Assembly: GCF_004010195.1 (NCBI RefSeq)
Contig: NC_057743.1
Span: 23,409,970-23,473,969, forward strand
Direction: 5' to 3'
DNA: 64,000 nt
Origin: Chiloscyllium plagiosum
Taxonomy: Eukaryota
A model generated the notes under the pieces. That model was not told where the DNA came from. It did no database searches and was given only the letters and a program-made list of their open reading frames with translations. Shown one piece after another: positions 50,325-62,158 of the stretch. The position numbers and the translations under genes were made by a program. The first letter of the stretch is position 1; every line of letters starts with the position of its first letter.

Positions 50325-50750
50325 AAGCCGAGTGATAGTATGACTAGATTAATAATCCAGTGACCCAGGTAATGTTCTGGCGACCAGAGTTTAAATCCAG
50401 CAATGGCAGATGATGGATTTGAAATTCAATAGAAATCTGGAATTAAGAGTCTGATGATGACCATGAAACCATTGTCGATTGTCAGGAAAATCCATCTGGT
50501 TCACTGATGTCCTTGAGGGAAGGAAACTGCCGTCCTTCCTTGGTCTTGCCTGCATAGAATCATATAGCATAGAAGCAGACTCTTTTGTCCAACCAGTCCA
50601 TGCTGCCCATTATCCCAAACTAAATTAGTCCCACCTGCCATGTGACTCCAGACCCACAACAATATGGTTGGGTGTCCTCTGGATAATAGGGGTGGGCAAT
50701 AAAGCTGGCCTACACAGAGACACCCATATCCTATGAATGAATGAAAAAAA
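50325..50750 (+). mobile_element. tRNA-derived SINE of a second family (DeuSINE-like)
   Basis: Shared with 33230-33590, 48640-49040 and reverse copies at ~9780-10210 and ~16260-16720 (aaggaaa.ctgcc.tccttacctggtctggcc core). Family name is tentative. Confidence 0.55.
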
Positions 50751-51740
50751 AATCGTCTCCACTAGAAATAATAGAAGTGTAAATGTTTCACTCGTTCACC
50801 AAAATGGTGAATGTTTTTCTCTTCCTTACTGTTATCCAGCATAAAAAAGACTGTCAACAGATTTCTTCAATAAACTGAAAAATAATTGTTTATTATAAAC
50901 GAATTTCGACTTCACTTTGATGAGAATAGTCTTAGACTTAGGACTTTCAACAGAAATAACAATTCAGTTTCAGAGTTTAAGAGGAGGTGAAGCATATTTG
51001 TTTCTGGAAATTTATCAGGTTCCTATAAGATATTTCACTGAGAGAGGTTTACGCAGTTATCCTGCTGTAAGGTTTCTTCTTTTTCAGGTGAAGGAGAGAT
51101 TTTTTTTGCTGCCAACCTTTTGGAGGTTTGTCATTTCAACTGTCGCTCCAACCTGTGCACTAAAGCAGTAACTTTAGTTCAAATGATGAGCTAGGCAGCC
51201 TTCAGCACTTTGCCCCTATCCCTTCCAAACCAAGATTGTCCAGAAATTAAACTGATCCCTTAACTCTCTTCAAAGCTTTGCTTGTCTTCTTTCCCAAAGA
51301 CATTTGACTTCCAATAAAACAGCAGATGGCTAATAGCAAGCATTAAAATTTGACTCGTAATTACTGCTGAACACAACACTCAGAAATTACATGTTTCTTC
51401 AAAATCTTTTCAAACCAGAGTCCAACAGTTTCATATTCCAGTTCCACATAATCCTTAAATATAATTATGTATTCCCTGTCCTTGTTTTCTTGCTCACGTG
51501 CTCTGACGATGTCACATTTTCACTCTCTTGTTCATTAACAAAATCTGTCTCTACCTGTCTCACTTTCATTGATTCTGTTTCTAGTCCCTCTCTTTAAACA
51601 TGCTTCCTCTACCTCTTCCTCCCGCTCACTGGCACATGTAGGAAAAAGAATATGCCATTCAGCTTATCAAGCCTGCCCCACCATTCAAAACAATCACAGC
51701 TGAACACTCTAATGCCTTTTACTTATCCTATTTCCACAAG

Positions 51741-53136
51741 TAAAGACAAGCCAGGGAACTATAGACCAGTGAGCCTGACCTCGCTGGTGGGCAAGTTGTT
51801 GGAGGGAATCCTGAGGGACAGGATGTACATGTATTTGGAAAGGCAAGGACTGATTCGGGATAGTCAACATGGCTTTGTGAATGGGAAATCATATCTCACA
51901 AACTTGATTGAGTTTTTTGAGGAAGTAACAAAGAAGATTGATGAGGGCAGAGAAGTAGATGTGATCTATATGAACTTCAGTAAGGCGTTCGACAAGGTTC
52001 CCCATGGGAGACTGATTAGCAAGGTTAGATCTCGTGGAATACACAGAGAACTAGTCATTTGGATACAGAACTGGCTCAAGGGTAGAAGACAGAGGGTAGT
52101 AGTGGAGGGTTGTTTTTCAGACTGGAGGCCTGTGACCAGTGGAGTGCCACAAGGATCGGTGCTGGGCCCTCTATTTTTTGTCATTTACATAAATGATTTG
52201 GATACGAGCATAAGAGGTACAGTTAGTAAGTTTGCAGATGACACCAAAATTGGAGGTGTAGTGGACAGCGAAGAGGGTTACCTCAGATTACAACAGGATT
52301 GGACCAGATGGGCCAATGGGCTGAGAAGTGGCAAATGGAGTTTAATTCAGATAAATGCGAGGTGCTGCATTTTGGGAAAGCAAATCTTAGCAGGACTTAT
52401 ACACTTAATGGTAAGGACCTAGGGAGTGTTGCTGAAGATTCATAGCTCCTTGAAAGTGGAGTCGCAGGTAGATAGGATAGTGAAGAAGGCGTTTGGTATA
52501 TTTTCCTTTATTGGTCAGAGTATTAAGTACAGGCGTTGGGAGGGCATGTTGTGGCTGTACAGGATGTTGGTTAGGCCACTGTTGGAATATTGCGTGCAAT
52601 TCTGGCCTCCTTCCTATCAGAAAGATGTTGTGAAATTTGAAAGGGTTCAGAGAAGATTTACAAGGATGTTGCCAGGGTTGGAGGATCTGAGCTACAGGGG
52701 GAGGCTGAACAGGCTGGGGCTGTTTTCTCTAGAGCATCGGAGGCTGAGGGGTGACCTTATAGAGGTTTACAAAATTATGAGGGGCATGGATAGGATAAAT
52801 AGACAAAGTCTTTTCCCTGGAGTCGGGGAGTCCAGAACTAGAGGGCATAGGTTTAGGGTGAGAGGGGAAAGATATAAAAGAGATCTAAGGGGCAACATTT
52901 TCTCGCAGAGGGTGGTACTTACATGGAATGAACTGCCAGAGGATGTGGTGGAGGTTGGTACAATTGCAACATTTAAGAGACATTTGGATGGGTATATGAA
53001 TAGGAAGGGTTTGGAGGGATATGGGCCTGGTGCTAGCAGGTGGGACTAGATTGGGTTGGCATATCTGGTCGGCATGGACAGGTTGGACCAAAGGGTCTGT
53101 TTCCATGCTGTACATCTATATGACTCTATGACTCTA
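51741..53136 (+). mobile_element. CR1 LINE 3' half, relatively young (RT domain)
   Basis: ORFs 51652-52422 and 52426-53049: PGNYRPVSLTS, GVPQGSVLGP, KFADDTK; (ctatgact)n tail. One frameshift and an internal deletion. Confidence 0.92.
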
Positions 53137-53364
53137 ACTCCTTGTGCCACTCGTAATCACAAACCTTAAAATTGCAACTTTAACATACTCAAAGACTGAG
53201 CCTCCACAGCCCCCTAGGATAGAGAATTCCAAAGGTTCATCTTGTGCCTCAGTGTCATGTCCCTTGTTTTTAAATTGTGTCACCTGCTTCTAGACTCTCA
53301 ACCAGAGGATACGTTTCCTGTTTCTATCAAATTATTCTAACTATTTGACTTCTTCACTTTAAAG

Positions 53365-53466
53365 TTGCAGCTTAATTATATGGGGAACTACATTCCAAAG
53401 GTCTGGACCTTTGAAACTGGCTGCACAGAATGTGATAAAGACACAATAAGTTTGGCAGAAAAGACG
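53365..53466 (+). CDS. PLOD1: PLOD1 exon 8
   Basis: [34 protein letters not shown]; WTFETGC is PLOD1-like. Confidence 0.92.
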
Positions 53467-53769
53467 GTGAGTGACTCTGGTCCCTTTTTCTTTGTTTGAT
53501 ACCAGCTTAAAAAGCTGGAACAGGCAGTATGTCCTTCTTCCCATAAGTTATACTTGAGCCTGAGCCTTATAGTACTATGTTTACAGGTGCAGTATGACTT
53601 GCAGTATCAATGCTCCTAGACCCGGTGACTTGAGCTGATAAACTTGAGATCTCCCCACGTACCCCAGCTATGAGATATATCTGAGAATGAATTGCGTTCT
53701 TAAATCTGAAGTTGTGATTCATTGATCACTTTGCAAACTAGGGAGTGATTTTGTTTCTCTCATATTTAG

Positions 53770-53901
53770 GACAGTGAATTACCTACTGTGTTCATTGGAA
53801 TCTTCATTGAGCAGCCAACACCATTTGTCGAGAATTTCTTTGAGCGTTTAGTGAATTTGAATTATCCAAAGAAGCAACTCCGAATATTCATCCACAACAC
53901 A
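53770..53901 (+). CDS. PLOD1: PLOD1 exon 9
   Basis: [44 protein letters not shown], canonical AG/GT. Confidence 0.93.
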
Positions 53902-54144
53902 GTGAGTATCAATTCTGCTATCTATTATTTAGTTTGCTGTTAGAACCATTGCCTTGCTGAACAGTTGGGAAAATTCTCAATTATTCCTTTGTTTAGTCAA
54001 TGGTTCCTAAAAAGAACTCTTGATATATTGAGTGATATGTTATCAGATTAGTGCCAGTGCTAAAGAAAGTTCAGTACAGAGGATGAAATGGAAGTGATTT
54101 GGTAAAGTTATACTTAGAGATTCCTTCTTTCTCTATGTTAACAG

Positions 54145-54266
54145 CAAACCCATCATGAGCAGCATGTGTGGCAGTTTGTAGAGCGACATGGGGACAAGTA
54201 CCAGACTGTGAAAGTAGTTGGACCTGATGAGGAAATTGCCAATGCAGATGCTCGCAACTTGGGGAT
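54145..54266 (+). CDS. PLOD1: PLOD1 exon 10
   Basis: QTHHEQHVWQFVERHGDKYQTVKVVGPDEEIANADARNLG, canonical AG/GT. Confidence 0.92.
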
Positions 54267-54540
54267 GTGAGTAACAAAGGGCATTAATTAGAAATGAAAT
54301 CTCATGTTGTCCACTGACAACATGATCGCACTTTTCCTTTGTTTGGGATTCAAACTACATTTCTGAGACTTCACCACATAATCCATTTTGACACTCCCAA
54401 GTGCACTCCGGGAATGCAGTGAAGATACAATGAGTTCCTATCAACCCTCTCAAGGAAACATAAAAGATCCTACAATGCTGCTTTGAAGATCAAAGAACTT
54501 CTCCAGTAGACTGTGCCGATATTTATCCCTTACCCGGTTG

Positions 54541-55123
54541 GCAGAATTTTCCCATATTGGGAGTGGTGTGTTGAGTAGCAACTAACATACCATCATCATG
54601 ATTGCGATAACTCAACCCATTCAGCTCATGGCAACCTGGGTCACTAGAGCTGTCAGACCTTGCCAGTCGAGACCTTAGGAGATTCAAAGGTGAGGAAGTT
54701 GTCACTTTTAATTCCTGGTCATGTGGTGGGGTTCACAGGGTCAGGTGGGTTCAGAGAGGTTAGAGGCAAGGGCATGGGTATGGCTTTCAAAGGCTACTTC
54801 TTGTCCTCACCATTCATGCCTCTGATCGCCTTCAGATTGAAGCATTTAGAGGCCTCCACTGCAATCTGTTGGATGTGTCCCGATGGCGTCCCTGTCAGGA
54901 AATTAAGCCTTTTTCTTGCCTTTCAGGGAGGCAGGCAATCAGGGACGTGACAGGTCAAGGCTATTAATCGATGACTTTAGGATTGTAATTGCTGTCCTCA
55001 TTTGACCGTCTTACCCAACACTTAATTGCTGAGTGGTATTGAGTTTCTATCTAGGTCAAGTTGCCCCATTATTTCCTTTTTGCATCATCTCTTTTACCAT
55101 CTTCAGAGCAGGGAAAATTATGC
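54541..55123. mobile_element. Possible non-autonomous DNA transposon (MITE)
   Basis: 13-bp terminal inverted repeats gcagaattttccc / gggaaaattatgc (1 mismatch); no ORF. Confidence 0.35.
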
Positions 55124-55925
55124 TCAAGGTCACTTAAACACATAAGTTGACCGTTATTACATTGCTGTTTCTGAGACCATGCCATGTACAAATTGGCTGT
55201 TGTTTCCTATATTAGAAAAATGATTATGTATCTAAAAGCACTTAATTGATTGTAAAATGTTTTGTTCTATCTTGAAATAATGAAAAGTGCTTAGATGTGC
55301 AAGTCTTTGTGAAAAAGATTTTGCTCAACTCTGCATAGGGAAGTGAGAATGTGAACCTTTAATTGAAGGTTTTAATTGTCTCTATTACCAATCTCCTTGC
55401 ATTATATGTTAATGGTTTGTGCAGATGCAAGTAAATGTATTACTCTTTCATCTTGTGTGTACCCTTGCAGATATACGTTAATGTGTCTGTACATTTTTAT
55501 ACCTATGTGCTCAACTGTGATATCTCATGCATTCTTCACACCCTTTTCTCCACAATTTGAGTCCATCCTTTCAGGTGTTTAAGTTCTAAACCATGGAATT
55601 ATCTCCAGAAATCTTTCTACCTCTCTTTTTTAAGATGCTCCTTAAAACTCTTCATTTTATAAGGCTTTTGTCACCTGTCCTAATATCTCCTTGTTTGGCG
55701 CAATGCCAGATTTAATCTGATTATGCTCCTGTGAATTATCATGGAATTTTTTACTACATTAAAGGTGGTATATAAATATAAATTGTTTTTATTGATAGGA
55801 TCATAAGACATAGGATTTAGGAGCAGGAGTATGTTCTGGTGTATCTATATGTTGTTCTGACTGTGTGTATGAGATTGCTGTTTTCAAAGTTTGCAGTTTA
55901 ATTCTGTATGATCTTCTGACCACAG

Positions 55926-56030
55926 TGACCTGTGCCGGCAAGATGTGACATGTGACTATTACTTCAGTGTTGACATTGAAGTTGTGCTGCAGAATCATGA
56001 CATCCTGAAACTCCTCATTGAACAGAACAG
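55926..56030 (+). CDS. PLOD1: PLOD1 exon 11
   Basis: [34 protein letters not shown], canonical AG/GT. Confidence 0.93.
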
Positions 56031-57408
56031 GTCAGAAAAAATACCTGACACACCCACCTCTTTATCTGTTGCTTTTCTGTTGATGTCTGGTTGGGCAGGA
56101 AGGGCGAGAGAGGAGATTTGAGGCTATGTTTACTGTCAACACCCCATAAGGTGAGGCAGCAATGGTGCATGCACAGAAACACATCTTTGCAATGTTATGT
56201 CACTGCAAAGGAAGGGAAAAGCAGCTGCCAGGAACAAAGATAATGTTGGCTACTTAAATGCACTGCAGAATGTCGCTAAACTCCTAAACGTCAGCTTTCT
56301 GACATTAGCATATCAACTAGGTGGAATCATTTCAGTATGGCAGGATGGAAAGTCCCCAGAGTTCTATTGTAAGTAGAGGATTATAGTAGGAAGAAGTGTA
56401 ATCAAATGAAATCAGACAAAGCAGAATGAGGTTAGGAATTCTCCAGTAAGGACGAAATGGGAGAAGAGAGTGTTCATATTTCTTCGAAAAATGTGTTCAG
56501 AACCACACACTAGTGAACCTGAGGCTGTTGTTCATCCACAGATTTCATGACACATTCGCAAATCAGCAACAGAGTTTTATTTATCTGCATGTGCACAGAT
56601 GACATCATTATTTGCAAATCATCCTCGCAGAGAAAGCATTGGCATAACAGTATGATGTCATCAGTGCAGGTAATGCCAGCTATCTTTGCCAGCAATTTCA
56701 GAGCTTGGCAGCACACACACAATGTGTTAAATTACATAAAACAAGCAGATTGAACAGCCTGGTTCATGCTCCTCCATTTAATGGAACTAAGAAAGGCCTG
56801 TGGCAAATGACCAAAACTCCAGTTTATCATACTCAAAACAGTAAATGTAAAGCAAAATAAACCCTCAGCTCATGATATCTTTGGTCCCTTGTACATGATC
56901 ATATCAGCACCAAATTTATCAACTAGACCAACCATATTGAATGAAGAAGAGTTTGCCTTATTGCAATATTTAAATGTTCTTCCCCATTTATCTGAGCTTA
57001 ATGTCCCCTCTAGATTGCTAGGCCAACAATCTCCTGCATCTAAGAGATCTGCACTGCATCAAGCCTTGTCCAACTCTGCCCAATGTGACTGCTGAACAGA
57101 AAGGTATTGAATGACTCAGTTCATCATAGTTGCATCTCAAAAACACAGAGGCAGCAGACAAAACTAGCACAAGTCTACAGAAAGCCCCTGGAAAATAGGG
57201 GCAACCAACAGCAGAGAAGTTACCTCCATGCATCAGAATCCCTGAGGAGCTTTTTCACTCATGATGACTGGTTCTCACCTTTGCTGCTGGTAAGCAGGAG
57301 AGAGGCAGCCTGTGACTACAGCAGCATAGAGAAGGTGAATAGCAGCACTGAGCAAGACTGGATAAAGTGCTGCTGGCCATTACAGATGGCATAAGTTTGG
57401 GTCAGAGA

Positions 57409-57698
57409 GGCTAGCGAGGCTGCAGCCTCTGTACGAAGTGAAGGGGGAAGGGAGACTGGTGAGAGTGAAGGTCTTGGGCAGGGGAGCAGTGAATGAAGCT
57501 ACAAGTGGGGACAGGGGCTACAAAGGGCAGCAAAGGACTAAAAGTGGAAAGAAGCTGGCTAGCGAGGCTGCAGTACGAAGTGAAGGGGGAAGGGAGACTG
57601 GTGAGAGTGAAGGTCTTGGGCAGGGGAGCAGGGAATGAAGCTACAAATGGGGACAGGGGCTACAAAGGGCAGCAAAGGACTAAAAGTGGAAAGAAGCT
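57409..57698. repeat. Two-copy tandem duplication, ~145-bp unit
   Basis: ggctagcgaggctgcag...aaagtggaaagaagct is repeated with a small indel and few substitutions (57409-57556, 57557-57698). Confidence 0.9.
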
Positions 57699-58272
57699 GC
57701 ACTGGGGAAAGGGCAGTTTTAAAATCTTTCAACAAAGGAATACTCAGTGAATTGAGAGTCAGGAAACTTGAGGTAATTAATTCTTTAGAAATGAATGTGA
57801 AGTCACTTGAGCTTGCAGACATTCAGGGGTTAGCTACTCTATTAGACAAAAATGTGATGGGCGCTCTCTGTGTTAATTGGATTATTTAATACTGAACAGT
57901 ATTATTTCATAAAGATTTTCATTTGAGTATTATCAAATCTCAAACTCTTGTGAACAACCTTGTTGATTAATTTTAATTATTTCTATGATCCAGAGAAAGG
58001 GCACTGATGAGAAGCCTTTAAAAATAATATTAATGGTAAGTGTTCTATTGTGTCACATTGCATCAGGGATTGACATTAATTGTTATAACCTAGGCTATGA
58101 TAAACTAGATAAAAAAGGTAAGAATTTGATTTAAGTGTAGAATTGGAACTCAGAGCCACATTCCTTTGGACATGGAAGCTTACTTATAACAGCATTGAAG
58201 ATTGCAATTCTTTGACTTTAGAAATGGCTCTAGTCTTATAATAAATGTCATCAATTACCTTGATCTTTGTAG

Positions 58273-58398
58273 ACCAATACTGGCACCACTGATCAGTCGC
58301 CACAAGAAGCTGTGGTCTAACTTCTGGGGGGCACTTGATGTTGATGGATATTACGCCCGATCAGAGGATTATGTGGATATTGTTCAGCAACGCAGAGT
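58273..58398 (+). CDS. PLOD1: PLOD1 exon 12
   Basis: [41 protein letters not shown], with the hallmark WSNFWGA...YYARSEDY. Confidence 0.95.
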
Positions 58399-58539
58399 GT
58401 GAGTATCAATTTTAAAAACCTTTTGAACTTTCATTCTTGTGTTATGATATTGTCAATTAACTCCCAAATAGGCAAAAATACCTAAATGTATTGAGAAGCC
58501 CTGTATCAAATCTCCAAATGAGTCATTGTCCATCCGACA

Positions 58540-58795
58540 GGGGGTGGCATGGTGGCTCACTGCTGCCTCACAGTGCCAGGGACCGGGTTCGATTCTCTCC
58601 TCAGGTGACTGTCTGTTTGCACATTCTCCCCATGTCTGCATGGGTTTCCTCTGGGTGCTCTTCCTCCCACAATCCAAAGATGTGCAGGTCAGGTGAATTG
58701 GCCATGCTAAATTGTCCATAGTGTTTAGGGTAAATGTAGGGAAGGTCAGTGTGCACTTGTTGGTCCGAAGGGCCTGTTTCCCTACTGTAGTTAAT
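58540..58795 (+). mobile_element. HE1-like SINE
   Basis: Same head (B-box ggttcgattc) and body as the 46431 copy. Confidence 0.78.
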
Positions 58796-58826
58796 CTAAT
58801 CATTGCAATAGTGACTAGATGCTTAG

Positions 58827-58972
58827 GAAATGCCGGTGTTGGACTAGGGTGTACAAAGTTAAAAAACACACAACACCAGGTTATAGTCCAACAGGTTTAA
58901 TTGGAAGCTCCGAAAGCTAGTGTGCTTCCAATTAAACCTGTTGGACTATAACCTGGTGTTGTGTGATTTTTA
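58827..58972. mobile_element. Family B fold-back mini-element
   Basis: Inverted arms cacacaacaccaggttatagtccaacaggtttaattggaagc and its reverse complement. 13-bp duplication actagatgcttag (58814-58826 / 58973-58985). Confidence 0.8.
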
Positions 58973-59922
58973 ACTAGATGCTTAGAGTAGTTATATTTTT
59001 GAGTAGCATTTTACTCTCGCTGAGTTGAAAAACGGCAAGGGCTATGATCTATTGCACATGTTGCCACACAAACTCTGACATGACAAGCTGAACACATGCG
59101 TTTTGCAAACTCGTTGCAAGTGTAGAAGAATTCCAGCATGAGTTTTCTTTTGGAGCTTGTTGTGAACAAAATTGTTGGTGCGTTGCTGATTATTTCTAGA
59201 TCAGTGGGCAACTTGCCTTGTGGAACCATTACAAATTCCCTTTCCTTTGGACCACTATGGATAGGTTGGTTCTGCTCAGGATTCACTCCACATTGGATCA
59301 TGCTAGCTGAATTTAGATGAAATCCAAATTCATTCCCATTTAGATCTTCATAACAGGATTGGATCCACTGGCTCATTCTCACTGGATTATATCAGCTGGA
59401 TTTAGATTCACTTTAAATTTGCTTCTCATTGAGTCATTAAGCTGATGGTGAAAGATTCTCTTTCTGTGATTCTGGACTGGATTTAAATCCATGTTTCAGA
59501 TAATCATTGGATTTCATCACCAAGGTAAAACCTTGAAACTCCTTCCCTCACAATACTGTGGGTGTACCAACAGCACATGAGTGCAGCTGTTTAAGAATGT
59601 GGTTCGCCACTGCTTTCTCCTAATAAATATTGGCCTTGTGAGTGACAGCCACAGATCATGAATTATAAAATGGACTGACCTGCAGATGATGGTTCCTCTG
59701 ATACTTGGCAGTGAGGAAATGGAAATGTTTCCCAGCGGGACAATGTGGATACAATTTGCAGCACAATTATCTGTGAAAGAGGCTCCAAGTAGGCTGAAGG
59801 GCAGCCAATAGGTGCTGTCATTGGAAATTGACATTCATAGTTCCCAGAAAGGGCAGTGATCTGAATAATTTGCCAAAGATTTAAATTGTTTACTGGTATT
59901 AATGTGCTCTATTTCTGTGCAG

Positions 59923-60064
59923 TGGCCTCTGGAATGTTCCATACATCTCCAGCATATACCTGATCCAAGGCACTTTGCTTCAATCAGTCCTGACTGAGAA
60001 AGATCTCTACCATGCTGGCAGCCTGGATACAGACATGGCTTTCTGTCATAATATCAGGGAACAG
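59923..60064 (+). CDS. PLOD1: PLOD1 exon 13
   Basis: GLWNVPYISSIYLIQGTLLQSVLTEKDLYHAGSLDTDMAFCHNIREQ, canonical AG/GT. Confidence 0.94.
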
Positions 60065-60211
60065 GTGAGTGTATTGTTTCCCAGGAAGTGAGCAGCTTGC
60101 CAGAGTATCTTCCTCCAAGATTATGCATTGGAAATGGAGCTTCTTGGCAGGAATTAAAAGTTTTGATCCCCCCGAATATCAAGATTAATCTGTGCTTTTT
60201 TTTTGCTGTAG

Positions 60212-60325
60212 GGAATTTTCATGTACATCACCAACAGGCATGAATTTGGACGCATTCTCTCCGTTGCAAATTATCATACTGATCACCTGCATAATGACCT
60301 TTGGCAGATCTCTGAAAACCCACAG
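60212..60325 (+). CDS. PLOD1: PLOD1 exon 14
   Basis: [38 protein letters not shown], canonical AG/GT. Confidence 0.93.
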
Positions 60326-60865
60326 GTACACCATCAAGGCGAATAGTGGAGGAGGTGGGAATCAGACCTCTAAACCTGAGATAGAGTAATGGGACAGAAC
60401 TAGTTTGTTTTGTGTGGTGCACCATGTTGTGTGGGACTGAACCAAAAGTTTTAGGATCCCAGAGTTCCAGTCTGATTCAATGTTGAGTGAAGCAGAGTAC
60501 CAAATTGTGGAACCAGGAATGGTGTGACTCAAGGCACCTGGAAGAGAATGAGCAAAAGAAAGAAGCAATATATTCCAATTTGTTATTCAAATATTTGTGT
60601 CTACAATTACTGAAATGCTTGTGTACTTTCATTTTAAAATAACGATTGAAGTCTAATCAAAAAGTAATATTTTGATGGGAAAGTAAGGACTGTTTCCTTC
60701 CCTCCATTTATTTGATTGATCCCTGACTCATTACTGAGAATAGCTGTGTTGAGAGTCCAAGTTACTCACTATGACATATTGACTAAAGAGAGTGAAAGGT
60801 CTGAGGAGAATAGCACCAAAGGTACGAATGGCATTTCATCCATTTTCCATTATGTTCCGTTACAG

Positions 60866-60931
60866 GATTGGGAAGACAAGTACATTCATGAAAACTATAG
60901 CTCAATAATCGAAAACAAGATCCTTCTACAG
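60866..60931 (+). CDS. PLOD1: PLOD1 exon 15
   Basis: DWEDKYIHENYSSIIENKILLQ, tacag|...CAG|gtaag. Confidence 0.92.
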
Positions 60932-61821
60932 GTAAGGATCTGTTATATGAATGAGTGCATGGGTACTGCAGGACATCTGACAACTTATGTACTCATCCTG
61001 ATCCTGTCCGTGCTAGAAGCTGACAATTGAAATTGCCACAATGCATTGTGTCTTTGGGAAAAATGTGTGCAGTGAGGTCCATTTTCACCCCCAGCTTTCT
61101 TCTGCTCGCTGCACTGAGATCAGCAAATCAAGCTGGAAATTCACAATCAACAGAACAAACACAGGAAGTTCTTGATTACTGAGGAGCCCAGAATTGGGGG
61201 TCACAGTTTAAGGATACGAGATAGGCTATTTAGGACTGAGATGAGAAATTTCTTCACCTGGTGAGCCTGTTGTTTCCCTGCCACGGAAAGCAGTTGAGGC
61301 CAAAAAATGAAATGTTTTCATCAATCAGTTAAATATAGTTATTGGGGCTAAAGGGATCAAAGGGTGTGCAGACAAAGCAGGAACAGAGTACCGACTTAAA
61401 AGATCAGCCATGATCATATTGAATCATAATAACCTATCAAATGGTTCTAATTTTGATGTTTCTAGAAGGTCTTGCCGTTTTTAAAATTGAATGTAATTGT
61501 CATGTGCAATGCTCAGTTGTGACAATAATGTCAACACAGTAATCGTATCTGATAAATATGATGCTTACTTTCCAGTAGTGAAATCTGATAGGGGTCACTG
61601 TGAGATGAGCTCACGACATCTAGAAGTCCTGCAGAGATATAAAATTTCATATTGGTTTGTAGATTAGGCATGATAACATGATCGATTTGAGATAATCCAG
61701 TTTCATGAATATTGGTTGATTGACATGGTCCGATACACAATAATTGCCTGTTGAACAGGCAGTTGGGCCATATGGTATATTCTAAACCATATATTTGATA
61801 TTTGTTGGTGTTATTTTGCAG

Positions 61822-61926
61822 CCTTGTCCAGATGTATACTGGTTCCCTATTTTCACTGAACAAGCCTGTGATGATATTGTTGAGGAGATGGAACATTTTG
61901 GACAGTGGTCAACTGGAGGCAATAAG
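61822..61926 (+). CDS. PLOD1: PLOD1 exon 16
   Basis: [35 protein letters not shown], canonical AG/GT. Confidence 0.95.
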
Positions 61927-62011
61927 GTAAGTATGCCAAAGATCAAAAATCAAGTATTATTTCAATGTATCTGATCACAGTTTCTGAACAATTTCTCCAA
62001 TCCTACCCCAG

Positions 62012-62158
62012 GATATACGTATTCAGGGTGGATATGAAAATGTGCCAACAATTGATATTCACATGAATCAGATCGGATATGAGAAAGAATGGCAGAGGTT
62101 TTTAAGAGAATACATTGCACCTTTAACAGAAGAGGTCTACCCAGGCTACTACACCAAG
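62012..62158 (+). CDS. PLOD1: PLOD1 exon 17 (gene continues beyond window)
   Basis: [49 protein letters not shown]. The remaining Fe/2-oxoglutarate-binding exons are not seen in the window. Confidence 0.95.

Noticed and set aside
51652-53049. 256-aa and 207-aa ORFs as a possible nested gene or domesticated RT
   Set aside because: Ordinary frameshifted, 5'-truncated CR1 ORF2, near-identical to other copies in the window.
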